A stretch of DNA of 64,000 nucleotides from Lingula anatina. Its lineage: Eukaryota > Animalia > Brachiopoda. The notes under the pieces were generated by a model. The model was not told the DNA's origin. It made no database searches and saw only the letters and a list, made by a program, of their open reading frames with translations. This document shows, in pieces, positions 36,901 to 49,000 of the stretch. The translations under genes were made by a program, and so were the position numbers. Position 1 is the stretch's first letter. Each line of letters opens with the position of its first letter. The stretch lies in NCBI GenBank assembly GCA_051362555.1, contig CM120640.1:17856001-17920000 (forward strand), given 5' to 3'.

Positions 36901-39712
36901 ACCCAGGATTGAGGGAAGTTGAATATTACCATGTCAATCTCACAGCTGGTGATTGCCTATACATTCCTTATAAGTGGTAAATATTATCTATATACCTTTT
37001 GCCTCCGACATGGAAGTATTGGTTATTCCTACTTTGCCTTTTGCCATTAATTAGCTTCTCACTGTAAGTACACTGTAGGTTATAGTTGCTATGAGTCATT
37101 TTACAGCATTTTGGACAAGAAAAATTAACAATGAAAAGAGTTTTAAAGAAGTAAAAAACTATTTCTTTTAGTTTTTATCCACTTATGCCTCATAACAGGT
37201 GCAATATAGGCAAATGCCAGTAGTGTTAACAATAATGATTTATGAATTATTGTTAAATAGTTACAAGGAGTCAAACTATTTTGCCTGCTCCTCTGTGACA
37301 ATTGTATTTTGTCAGATGTATATTTTGGAATGGTCCACTGTCTTGATATTCATTGATCAGCATTTGATAATGTTTCAGGATCCACCAGGTCCGCTCTTAT
37401 AACCGTAACATAGCAGTGAATATCTGGTGGAACTTTCATAAAAATAAAAAGCTTGATCTCAGCCAGTGCGAGGGTCGGGAAGAAGACCCTGCTATCACTT
37501 TGGATAAATGTCAGTTTTCAGGGTTTGATGAAATGTTACAGGATGTAGAATCAATTATGTAAGCACTTTTTGTCACAAATTTCAATTGTGCATGCAACTC
37601 ATGCAGTTATATACATATTCAATATTCATTGTCACAACATCTTTCAGTACATGGATGCATCACAAGTGGCAGATTTAAACTAAATGGTTCATTAATGGTC
37701 TTGTTATGTTTTTTCCTTTTTTTTTGTATCAGTTTTAAAATTTCAAATTTTGAGATAATATGAGATATTTGAATTGACACTAAATGTCCTTCTGGGTTAA
37801 AGTACAAGCATTTATGGAACATAAGCTAATACTTTGCATGATTTCTCTTTTCATTGTTTTTTTTTAGTGCACATTTTCTTGATATTTGCAAAACCAACAA
37901 AGAAATCACATTTGAAAAGTTCCAGAAAATCCTGGGAATAGTAAGTGCAACTTGGTCAATACATTTTACAGCTTTAATGTTTTTAGCTTTAAAGTTGGTT
38001 AATATCAAGTTTTTATACAGGAACTGTACATTTTCAAAAGGCGAAAACAACCTTGATTTTTAGATGGCTTTTGATAACACAATTCAGTGACTTATGAGAT
38101 ATTGTTTGATGGCATTTGTACATGGCAAATTTAAATAGATGAAAATCACCTTTCTAAATTGAAATAAACAAAAAATGAAGTCATTTTGCTACTATTTGTT
38201 TGGTTATAAATTATTGTTACGTTTTCTAACAATATTAGGATTTAACTGAAGAAGATGAACAAGTACTTGGCACAGAACATAAACTATACTTGAGTGAGGT
38301 ATGGTCTGTCAAATTACAGATAAAATATGGTACTGACTAGGTCTTTTCAATGGGGGGGGGGATTGTGAATATTACAGATACTGTATTTTTGAAGTCTTAA
38401 TTTCTTAAAATAAGAGCAATCCTATTGAGTGGTGGCAACAAAATTGAAAAGCAGACTGCTTTATAGTTCTATTCTATGCATAAAATGGACCACAAATGCA
38501 ACACAAAAATATCATTTTTTTGGTTTTAAAATGATGTGTCTGAAAGTTTGATAATTTTTGCCCATTGAAAAGATCGAGTCATTACTGTACATATTGTAAT
38601 ATAAATTGTAAAAGATCCTTGGTAAAAGGAAAAAGTGCATGTTTTAGTACTTGATATAGCAAAGCTTACAAGAAGTTATTAGGTTTCATACCAACAAGGT
38701 TTCAATGTTCATTTATATTGCCTTTTCCCCTTTCCCTAGATATTCAGAATTTTAGATGCAGACAAAAGCCAGAAGCTGGAGTATAAAGAAGTTGAAAAAA
38801 CAAGTATTGAGGTAGAGGTTTTTCTGTCAAATTCCATACTGCACGTCTTTAATCTGTAATGTTTTTCTTCCACAGATCATTTCATAGATCTTTAGGGAAC
38901 CACTTAAAGGTTCTCTTCATGTGTCTGAAAATCTTCCACAGTCATATTTATGTCCTGTAAAGCTTTTTTATGTTTTCCAATTCAAACCCTAAAGATGATA
39001 AAACCCTTTAAATGAAAGTTTATCAGAAGCGTACCTAGTGTCGTTACTTTCTACTCAGCCTCATTGGGTAGCCATTGCATGCTCCCAACATCTGTATTAT
39101 ACATGGCACATTTTCTCGTGTGAGAACGAGGCATTGCACGTGACAGCTGATGTCGTTCTGTTTGACTGGCCAGTCATTTCAAACAGCACTAACATATGAA
39201 ATTAAAAATGAAATGAGACATCAAATCCAAGTACAGGGACAGGCCAAGCTATCCTTTGTGAGTAAGAGAAAATTGCTCTTTACCCCAGAAAAGTTCATTT
39301 TGGTGGAAAATTCCTGTGGAGAGAACCTTTAACCTCTTTAGAGTGGTAAACAAGATTCTGTATAATACTTGTACTAAATCAAACAGCAGTCACATCTCCT
39401 AGTCATTTCAGAAATCAGTGATTAAATATTAAATGTTTTTAACAAATCAATTTAATTGCAATGCTATACAAATCTACATCAAATTGCTTTGGTGTGGTAA
39501 ACAAAAACAAAGGTAAGTGTTGATATTTGCACCAAACAGAACTACAAGTACCATCACAATCAATAGTAACATCTCACAGTCATTCCAGTAATTCAATGTT
39601 CCAGGCATGGGAGAAGGTTCAAGAGCTGCTGATCAAGTATGATGACTTAATGGGAAAGCTAGATGAGCCAGACGAAAATGAAACGGCAGAAGAAATAAGA
39701 GATGAGTTGTGA
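33985..39712 (+). CDS. JmjC (cupin-8, FIH/JMJD5/JMJD7/TYW5-like) Fe(II)/2OG oxygenase with predicted signal peptide, EF-hand and ER-retrieval RDEL, 427 aa. Exons 33985-34436, 34864-34933, 36017-36142, 36543-36592, 36884-36976, 37379-37558, 37868-37940, 38239-38298, 38740-38811, 39605-39712
   Basis: FFENYVFKSRPLKMRGA..PAFRLWEDDY, WYSSGGTSSVVHTDSVDNINCLYRGDKEF, IDVDRVDFDKYP, LTAGDCLYIPYKWIHQVRS, NIAVNIWW, IFRILDADKSQKLEYKEV and IRDEL*. All junctions GT-AG, 1284 nt in frame. Confidence 0.9.
35192..35408. mobile_element. Foldback (near-palindromic) element in JmjC intron 2, with a degraded relative at about 35541-35763
   Basis: CTCCGAGGGGATTCT..TGCAATCAACTT..GCTTGGATGTCTG..CACTGAAGCTGCTA, centre GTAATTAATTAC, then TAGCAGCTTCAGTA..CAGACATCCAAGC..AAGTTGATTGCA..AGAAACCCCTCGGAG. 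Confidence 0.8.
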
Positions 39713-41573
39713 CATAGAGGTGATGAGGTGTGAAATGTCTCATTAATGTTTGCAGGCATGTTAGAATAGAGCAGGTAGACCAGAACACATGCAATGTAAT
39801 TTTTTTACTGGACTACAGATTACTGTCATTATTATTATATGCCATATTGATTATCACTTAAAGGACATCCATGCCAACTGGAGAAAGCAGCAATTGGTGA
39901 AAACATTTATTCTTGGCACATTCCTTATTTAAACATAAATACACCCAAAATCTAAGCAATGTAGAAAAGTATTTGTGAACATTAAAAACGCGTGAATCTT
40001 TCTTGTTTCTTGGTTATGATATTGAGACAAAGGGGCATCTTTTTTTCTCTTTTATCTTTTTTTCTCAGATAAACCCAGTTTTCCAATTGAAATGAATGAG
40101 CAATATATGTCTTTCAATAGGATCATTTGTAAAAGAACAAAACTAGGTATTCAGTGTTGTGAACTGAAATTTGTTATGGATTATTAACTAGTGAATGCAA
40201 AATACATATTGACTAGTTCGAGTTAAATTACTGCCAGCTGAACAAAGAGGGGATTTTTAAAATTCAAATCTTTACTGTTATTATTTTAGTAATGGAATAT
40301 TCCATTGTATGGCAATGCAGTAATAAGCATGCATCAATTTTTTTTTTTTTTTTTTTTTGGGGGGGGGGAGATTTGGCATAGGACGTGTGCCATTGTTCAT
40401 TGTTTATAAGGAATAGGTCTGATATTTGTTTTATTTATTCAAGACAAGGAATTTGTGAGAGTTTATGTTGTGTTTAATGCAAAACCAAGGCAGTTGTGTA
40501 TTGATAAAATGAATATTTTTTTGAAAATTGGCAGCTTTTTTCAAAAATGAATTGTGAAAATTTCCTGCTCATTATTTGTCAGTATCAGCATTAGTTGTTG
40601 ACTTAAATGACTTATTGATTTTATATTTTTTCACTTTACCAAGGAGCAATTGGTATCAATTTTTATTTTGAAAATTTTTGTTGAAATAAAAAGTTGTTTT
40701 AGAAATGTTTGATATAGTCAACTTTTATTGTAATTTCCAAATTATCAGTTTACCTATAAGTGTCTTTGCCTCTGAAACACACTCTTGGCTAAAAGGGCAC
40801 AAGTGTAAAAGTTATTGTACACATAAGTTTATTTTATTTATTTTATTTTCATACTACCTCAGAACCATTTTTGTGGTATATATATAATAAAAACGATATA
40901 CAACTTAAGTTGAATTTGAGGATAAATTGCCAAGTATTTATTTGCCTATTTCCAAATTGACTTTTTTCAAGTGTATTGGTGCATCAAATTCCATGAAAAG
41001 GCACGCAATGGGTTTTGACTTTTGGTAAATCTTTGATGATTTTGTACATTTTTAGGTATAATGTGTGCTTTTAAATCAGCTTGTCCTCAAGTGAACTGAA
41101 ATCTATAAAAGTTGTCTAAAGTCTGTATTAAACAAGACTTCTGTATACGCACATGGTCTATACATTTTAATAGGATTTCAAGTGATACCTTACTTGTTTT
41201 TGACTTAAAGAGAAAGCAAGGCCATTAATCTGTCATGGAGGGGCAATTTTATAAAATAATTTTATAAGCAACGACACAGACAATATTTTCTCACCAAAGA
41301 AACTAAAGTTATATCACAATACACCAAAATGAAACTTTTTTGCTTATTTACTTTCCTCTACTGCAGCAGCAGAAATAAAATCCCTTTCAAATCTAAAGTA
41401 AATATTTGCCAGAAAAATTCCTTCTACCTAGACTTTCTCTTTTGATTCTTTATTAATTCATTATTTTATATATTCATTTTTTTCTCTTTTACAAATGTAT
41501 GCAAGTTATTCCATACTAGTGCAATCTGATGAAACTATGAATATTTTCATTCTATTAATCTTATTAAAATTAA

Positions 41574-41905
41574 AGGGATAACAACTGTTCGTATGACATT
41601 CATATTTCATAGTAAATACATTGTAAACAACTCATAGAAACATAATATATTCTATTAACAAAAACGACAGTTATAGCAATTATTCTGAAGTCTGCTTGTC
41701 ATCAGACCACGTGACCTCCATAGATGGCTATACTCTGTAATAATCTCTTAAGAGATTATTACAAAAAAACAAACTTTTTTGAAAAAAAAACAGTGACTAA
41801 TTTTGAATGTAGAAATGGATTTATTAACCATTGGTAAGTATGGGAAAATTGTCCTTTACCCCAGGAAAATTAATTTTTTGGCCAAAATGAACAGTTGTTA
41901 TCCTT
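41574..41905 (+). mobile_element. TTAA-flanked MITE copy between the convergent JmjC and CUB genes
   Basis: TTAA|AGGGATAACAACTGTTC ... GAACAGTTGTTATCCTT|TTAA, with the same interior as 57642-57959. Confidence 0.8.
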
Positions 41906-43043
41906 TTAATACAAATACCTACAGCTTGAAAAGACCATACATATATATATAGACCATGGTTAAATGTGTATAATAATAATGACAGCTTGTAGAAAAATAG
42001 TAGCACTTGAGTTTATATTTTAATCCTAGAACTTCCAAAGCCTGAGTAAGATATTCAGAGAAAATACATGTAGCTATTAATTAGAATCACACAGTCTTGA
42101 ATGCCAGGAAACTGTCTGAAAGAGAGTCATTAGATGACAAGATTCAGTTATAAAGACAATGGGTCTTTTCCGATCAAAAATAATTATCTGAATTCATTGA
42201 AAAGAGGAATTAACAGACTTGGGTTTGATTTTTCTGTGAATGATGCAACTTCTTCCAAATGGGTTACATAAACTGATGAGCATCTTGAAGGAATTTTGAA
42301 CCTTGAAGGTAAGGAATATAGTTGGAATATGACAATAGTGAAGTCTGAATTTTAAGTTGTATAATTATACATTTGTACCACAAGCCTATATAGCCAGCGA
42401 CTGCAAAGGTGTGGATTTTTTTTTTAATAGTGGACCTTTTTACCACAGCTGTAACAGAATCTAGATCAAATTTTGATCCAGGCAGTTCTCCAAACTCCCT
42501 GTCTATGGGCTTGCTGCAAGAAAGACTTAGTACAATATAAATAATAATCAAAAACTATCCAGGGCACTGTGGTCATAGGCTCTGTAAGAACATGTTTACA
42601 AAAATATCCCTCCTACTCATCGAAGTTGTCTTTTACGTTTGATTGGAAATAAATGCATTACCTTCACACCCAGAGATGTAAAAAAACAATGTCATCTCAC
42701 CATTCGTACACTTAATTCATGACTTTAAGCCAATCCAACGAGATGCACCAATAATCATAAGACTGATCTATATACAGTGAGAAATGGTTCACAATCTCAA
42801 TATTAGAACCTTCTCCAAGAAATAATTGTTCACAGTTCTGTCTGCAACTTTCCCAGTAAAGTCAGACCTGCATAGACAATTTATACCAATCCAACAACTC
42901 GAGCAAGGCATGTGTGTTCTTGCTCTTTCCTGCATCTCCATGCAAACAACATATTGTGCCAGACAATACTCATACGTCACCACAGAGGATCATTTGCATT
43001 ATGCTCTTATAATTTTTATGTCAGGCTACTTCAAGTTCAACTG

Positions 43044-46000
43044 TCACACTGTGGAAACTTTAGGATTGGTATCTTGCGAATGATTTGGCTGTGTAAAGAG
43101 ATTTTCATCATCTACCGTGCTGCCTCGAATAAAATGAACTTCTTGCTCCAAGTCCTGTTTTTTGTCACGTGATTTCTTCCTGCGTCGTCTAAACACACAG
43201 ACACCAATCAAAAGCAACAGCACCGCAGTTAAGATCAACCCAAGAATCACATGAACAACATTCATCTTCTTGGTAGAAGGACCTGCAAAAAGTTGATATT
43301 TCTCAAAATTTCAATCCAACTTATGTGTACTACATGAAAAAAATTAAGTGACATGAAAATATGCCAAACAAAATTTTGAAATAAAATATGTACCAGTATG
43401 AAAAAATTCACTACAAAACTCACACAAAAGTGAATAATTTTAAAAGAAAAGTGACAAATCTCCAGTACTGCATTTGTTGCAGTTTAAAGCTTCTCCTCTT
43501 AAGTATAATAATTTTCTTTCAAGGTCTGTCCTCCCCCCCCCCCAAAAAAAAAAAGTAAAAAAAAAAAAGACATATGACATCTGTCAGTATATGTGTGTGC
43601 ACACAAATGAAGCACCATGCTATTACCTATTGTTTTTGACCTACATGTATAACAAATTAAGAAAAACATTTTATATAATTTATCTCAACTTTTAAAAAAT
43701 TTGTACACATCAGTACTTGGAGTTTTTAAATCTATATAACTTTTGGTGAAATAAAATAAACTTATACTGAACGCATATGTGCCTCTTGTCTTTCTAAAAC
43801 TCCTTAAGGGCACATAGAGACTACACAAATTTAATCTACAGATGGTCAGAATGTACATATGACTCAAATGACAATGAAATGGGCACACTGACAGTAATCA
43901 ATAGGAGGCAATTACTGGAGAGCAAAGATTGATGCCAAATTCTTGATGTGTTCTATGGGCCAAATTACGTCCTCTTCATCCAGATAAGTGATGAATGACT
44001 TTCAAGTTGATCTCAAAATTGATGAATCATGAATGTCTTGGCACTGATACAATAACAAATCAATTGCACCAAACCCATGAAAAATGTCAAATTTGCTGAT
44101 TAAAAATGCTGCCTACTTGTCTACTTTTCATACAGCAGGATTAAGCAATATCAAAATGGAGTGAAAATTGTAAATTGTCTAAACTTGACAATATTCCTCT
44201 GTTATGGCCCTGATCTATAAATAAATGCAAAAAAAAAACACAAAAGTTTTTTTTTTTTATTTTAGGCAGCACATTTTATCCTCCTATAGAAAAAATGCCA
44301 GAAAAAGAATTATATTGAAAAAATCTGATCTGAAAATCTAATGCAGCATATTCTGTCCATAAAGACTATTATCTTTGTCTAAAATAGACACGTTTTATGT
44401 GCATGTATATCATAATATAGGGACACATGTAGCACATCTATTCAAGGGAAAAGCAGCAGTAACTTTTATTTTAAGGCTATACATGCATGCTTCAGTAATA
44501 TTTATGACATAAAGGTGAGAGTCGGTGCTTGTCATACAGTGAGTAAAATCTACTTTAAATGAATATTACTTTATTTTTCTTATCATTCTCAGTGCAGTGA
44601 ATCTTAAATGTGATAGGGCACTTACTTTTTTGTTCTACAAGTGCAGACAGTGGGAAACTTCAACTAACTGCACCTACAGTTCTAAATACTGTGTGAACAA
44701 ATGGAATCCAGAACAAAAACCAAGAGAGAAATGAAATAAGTCTACGGGCATCACCTATGACATAAAATGAAGAAAACACAATGCATTTACAATAAGCAAC
44801 AAAAATAATATTTTGCTTGCAATCAGCCAGCTTTTTTTTAAATTCCATACCAGTTCATTTATTCTTAAATGCTTTCAATAGTGGATGGCTGGAAAAATTG
44901 TTATATAAAGGTAAAGGGGTAGCTGAATAGCCATTGGATTTTAGAGAGAAACATTTATTCAACAAGAAATGTCTGACAGGAATTTTTTTCTGTTTGGGCT
45001 AGTTAAAAATTAAAAAATCAATGCTGTGATTCAAGCAATATAAATATTGAATCCAGCTAAATCCTTCAATTTTTAAACAATTTCTCCTTGACTGTTTGCA
45101 AGCCTTCTCGAAAAAAATCACTATGTCCATTACAATGATGACAATTTAATGTAGACTTTAATGGAGACACATTGATTCGTTATTAAGCTTATGACCACAT
45201 GGACAAGGAAGTAAATAAGATAAAAAACAAAATACTTCCAATGAAAGCATGATTTACACAGTACGTTGTCTTTTCACAAGTGACATATTCAAATGTAAAT
45301 GTTCAGTAAATGTGTTGGATGGGCAATATTGTGTAAAGTTAACAAATGTAACAGTTGAGTGTACCAGTGTGTTAGTTGAGGTAATAATTAAGTCTAAGCC
45401 ATGACCTTTGCTGTACGGTGTTGTTTGCTTCAGTCCATTCAGTGAGTTTAGTGTTCCAGTGTGCTAGTGTGTGATTCTTTCCTTTGCTGTGAAATATGTA
45501 GTATGCCAGGGGTCCATAAGAGTTAGTTTTGACATAGTGGTGTATCTACTAAGTGATCTGATATTCGAATAAGAAATTGTGACAGGTGTTCCTGCACCAT
45601 TGTGTTAAGTGTGACAGTTTCTCACATGATATCCCTTCATCTGAGGTGTCCCCTTCTCCACAATGTGTCACCTTGTCACACACCAAATTCCTGGGGATGC
45701 AATACTGGTTAGCATGACACTTGAAACCACTGCAATACCCTAAATGTAACAACACACATATGTGGGCTTTTGTGAAATATAACAACTGACTAATTAATCA
45801 ATTCAAGTAAATTTAAGTGACTTATTGTTTAATCTATGTTTCAATAATTGATCCAGGTTTATTAATCAATATCTCAGGCAATAATTATTTTTATATAAAA
45901 TACACTTTACTGGGGGAGGGTGGGGGGAAAGAAACCTGTGTGGATGAAACTTTTTTTTGTAATAAAAAATTGAATAAATATTGAGTCTTCAGGTAAGGAC

Positions 46001-49000
46001 TTAATTTACCAAGATAGACTTCAGGTATAATCTCTGCCCATGCTATGAAGAATCCACCATTTCCAATAGCACTGCTTGAAGTAGTAAATCTATAGGAAAA
46101 ATAACCAAAGAATAAATCAAAACCTTAATTTTAAAAAATCAAAACAAAAATACATTTTTTCTTCGATCTAATATAAATATTTTGCCATTTATTGACATCA
46201 TGTATCATTTAAATGAAACACTCTTTTTACCATGAACCCTTGCCTTTTCATCAAAAGTACATACTTTAAAGTAATATTGTTTTGAGCTGATATAATCATC
46301 TTGGTCTCTGGCTTGAGATCTGTACCGCACAGCTCCTCGGGTTGACTGCCACCACCTTTGTATATTCTGAGAACAGCTGCTGAACACCCGCTGTAAGTGT
46401 GAGATAATACTAATGAATTATAACATTGCATGCTGGGAATTACATGACCTTTTATGTTCTGTACTATATGTTTCAGTCAACCCTTTGATCCCGAACAGGT
46501 AAGGTATTCATACCTGTATAAAATTTTCCATAATATCACAGGGGAGTGGCTGCTATTATTATTATTATTATTGTTATTAATATTATTATTATTATTATTA
46601 TACTACAAAGATAATTCACACTTTGCCACTACTCACGCAGATGGGCTGCCTTCCATGGCAAACTTTTGTAGATGTAGGAGAACTTTGCTCTGAGGATCTC
46701 TGAGCTGAATATGCCATATACATCCTGTGTCCTTCTTGTAGTTGGCAGGATAGTTAGGACTTGTGATGACACCCCCGCCATGTTCATCTGAGGTTAGGTT
46801 GCCACCACAGGCTGGAAGTATGAGAGACTTTTTTGAAATATTAGAAAATAAGAAAATGAAAGTAAAATATATTATACCATGTATAAAAATCACTGAAAAA
46901 ACTATAAGAAATATGAAACTGAAGAAAAAGTACAACCTTACATAATTCTTGAAATAAAAAACAACTTATTACTAATATAACTTCTATATATAGTAAGTAC
47001 TAATTGACAGATGTCAGTACTTACTTGGGTCCGTGAGTTCCAAGAATTCATATTTTCCTTGAAAACCCCCAGCAACACCTTCAAAATCTGACTGGAATTC
47101 TACCATCATGTTGTTTATTCCTCTGGGTGACAGAATAGGGCCTGGTATGATAGCTTTACAATATACTCCAATGTTAGTTAGGGTCTCATTCCCTGTGTCG
47201 CGGTCATAGGTAATTTCATAGATAATCACTTTATCCTCTGGGCATCTGGAAAATCATAATGTGCTTGTACACTTACTAAGTCAAAAGTGGTGTGTGGCAC
47301 TTTTAAGCTAAAATTGTGTGGTACTTTTAAATTAAAATTGTCAAACTGGAAAATGACTATATGTATAATGCAAAGAAGTGTGAATTCAAGTCCTTTACAT
47401 GACATCAAAAAATTAATAAAAGCTGAAAAATAAAAGTTCTGTCACAGGAAATAAAATTTTCCTTGCAAATCAACATTATAATTGTCTTAAATTGTGCTTA
47501 CTCAGTGTTTGATACTCCATCGCTTGCCTTTAATAAAAACTTGTCAAATGAGATCCTTATTTGTTCATTTCTTAGTCCTCGGAATATATAGATGCACTGC
47601 ATGTTTGGAGGGTATTTCCTGGGATAACGAGGCGACGTGAATGTTCCAGATTTCTGTGAATGTGTGTTATATTGGAATCTACAGCCTTCCTCTGACATTG
47701 GTGTACCAGGCACAGCATAGTCTGGAATAGAAACAGAAGACCATAGTCAGTGGAGCACTAGAATGTTTTAAGTGGTATTGCATTATACAAGGGAGTGTGT
47801 TAGTTGGGCTAAATGGCAATGTGCTACATTGGAGAAATATGGAAGGTGTGCTAGTAAGATTATGTGTTTTACAGGGCAGTGTGTTACGTGTGCTAAGAAG
47901 ACAATGTGTAATGCTGGGCAGTGTGTTAGGTGTGCTAGGAAGACAATGTGTTACACAGGGCAGTGTGTTAGGTGTGCTAGGAAGACAATGTGTTACACAG
48001 GGCAGTGTATTACGTGTGCTAAGAAGACAATGTGTAATGCTGGGCAGTGTGTTAGGTGTGCTAGGAAGACAATGTGTTACACAGGGCAGTGTGTTAGGTG
48101 TGCTTGGAACACAATGTCGTATACTGTGCAGAGTGTTAGGTGTGTAAGGAATACATAACAATATGTTATACAGATCAATGAGTTAGATGTGCTGTTATAT
48201 AGGGCAGTGTGTTCGGTATGATGGATGACAATGTTTTATACAGGGCATGGCTAGGTGTGCTATGAAGACAATGTGTTGTATAGTGCAGTGTGTTAGTGTG
48301 CTGGAAGGTCAATGTGTTAAATAAGAGGTGTTATAGGTGTGCTAGCAAAACAATGTTTAAGCTAAAATGATGCATGATGTTTCCATGTCCTCTGTGGTAA
48401 TCAGACATCTAACAATGACCACTCTTAAGATTAAATGCATTCCTTACTTAAGTATAAACATTCACCCAGTTAATAGAAAAACAAGTGACCTGTACTTAAA
48501 TAAAAGTCAAAAATATCTGCATGTCATAGTTTCATCGTGAACAGAGTAAAGCTCATAGGAATGTCAATGCCAACACAATCTGTTGCAAATATTCCCAAAA
48601 GACAGCTGTTTTCAGGATATTTTCCAATCATAACTAAAAACTGTACAAGACTAGCAAATATTTTCCAGGTTACTAAATTAAAGTAAGCTGAAATTGATTG
48701 AGGTTATGTTGCTAACATATTCCTTCACATCTTTAATAACATAGCTGCAGGTACAATGTGTGCTGCTTCCCATGACATACCTGTGAGGAATTCATAAGTT
48801 GCCTTGAAGCCACTGCCTGCAATGCCTGCATGGTGAGAGTCAAATACCAAGAACATTCTTGGGTGTGAAGAAACGATTGGGGAGTCTGGTACCCTACCAC
48901 AGTAGATTGCATCAGCATCGTCTGTTCTTCCATCCACTGGCAGTCTGCCTTGTAGGTATACAGCAAGGAAACCATCGGTGCATCTGAAAGATCATTTTTA

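Noticed and set aside
45405-45486. Acceptor-like CACAG and donor-like AAG|GTCATG after the LDLa exon
   Set aside because: Weak donor, stop codon in the required phase and loss of the last LDLa cysteine, so not supportable as an exon.
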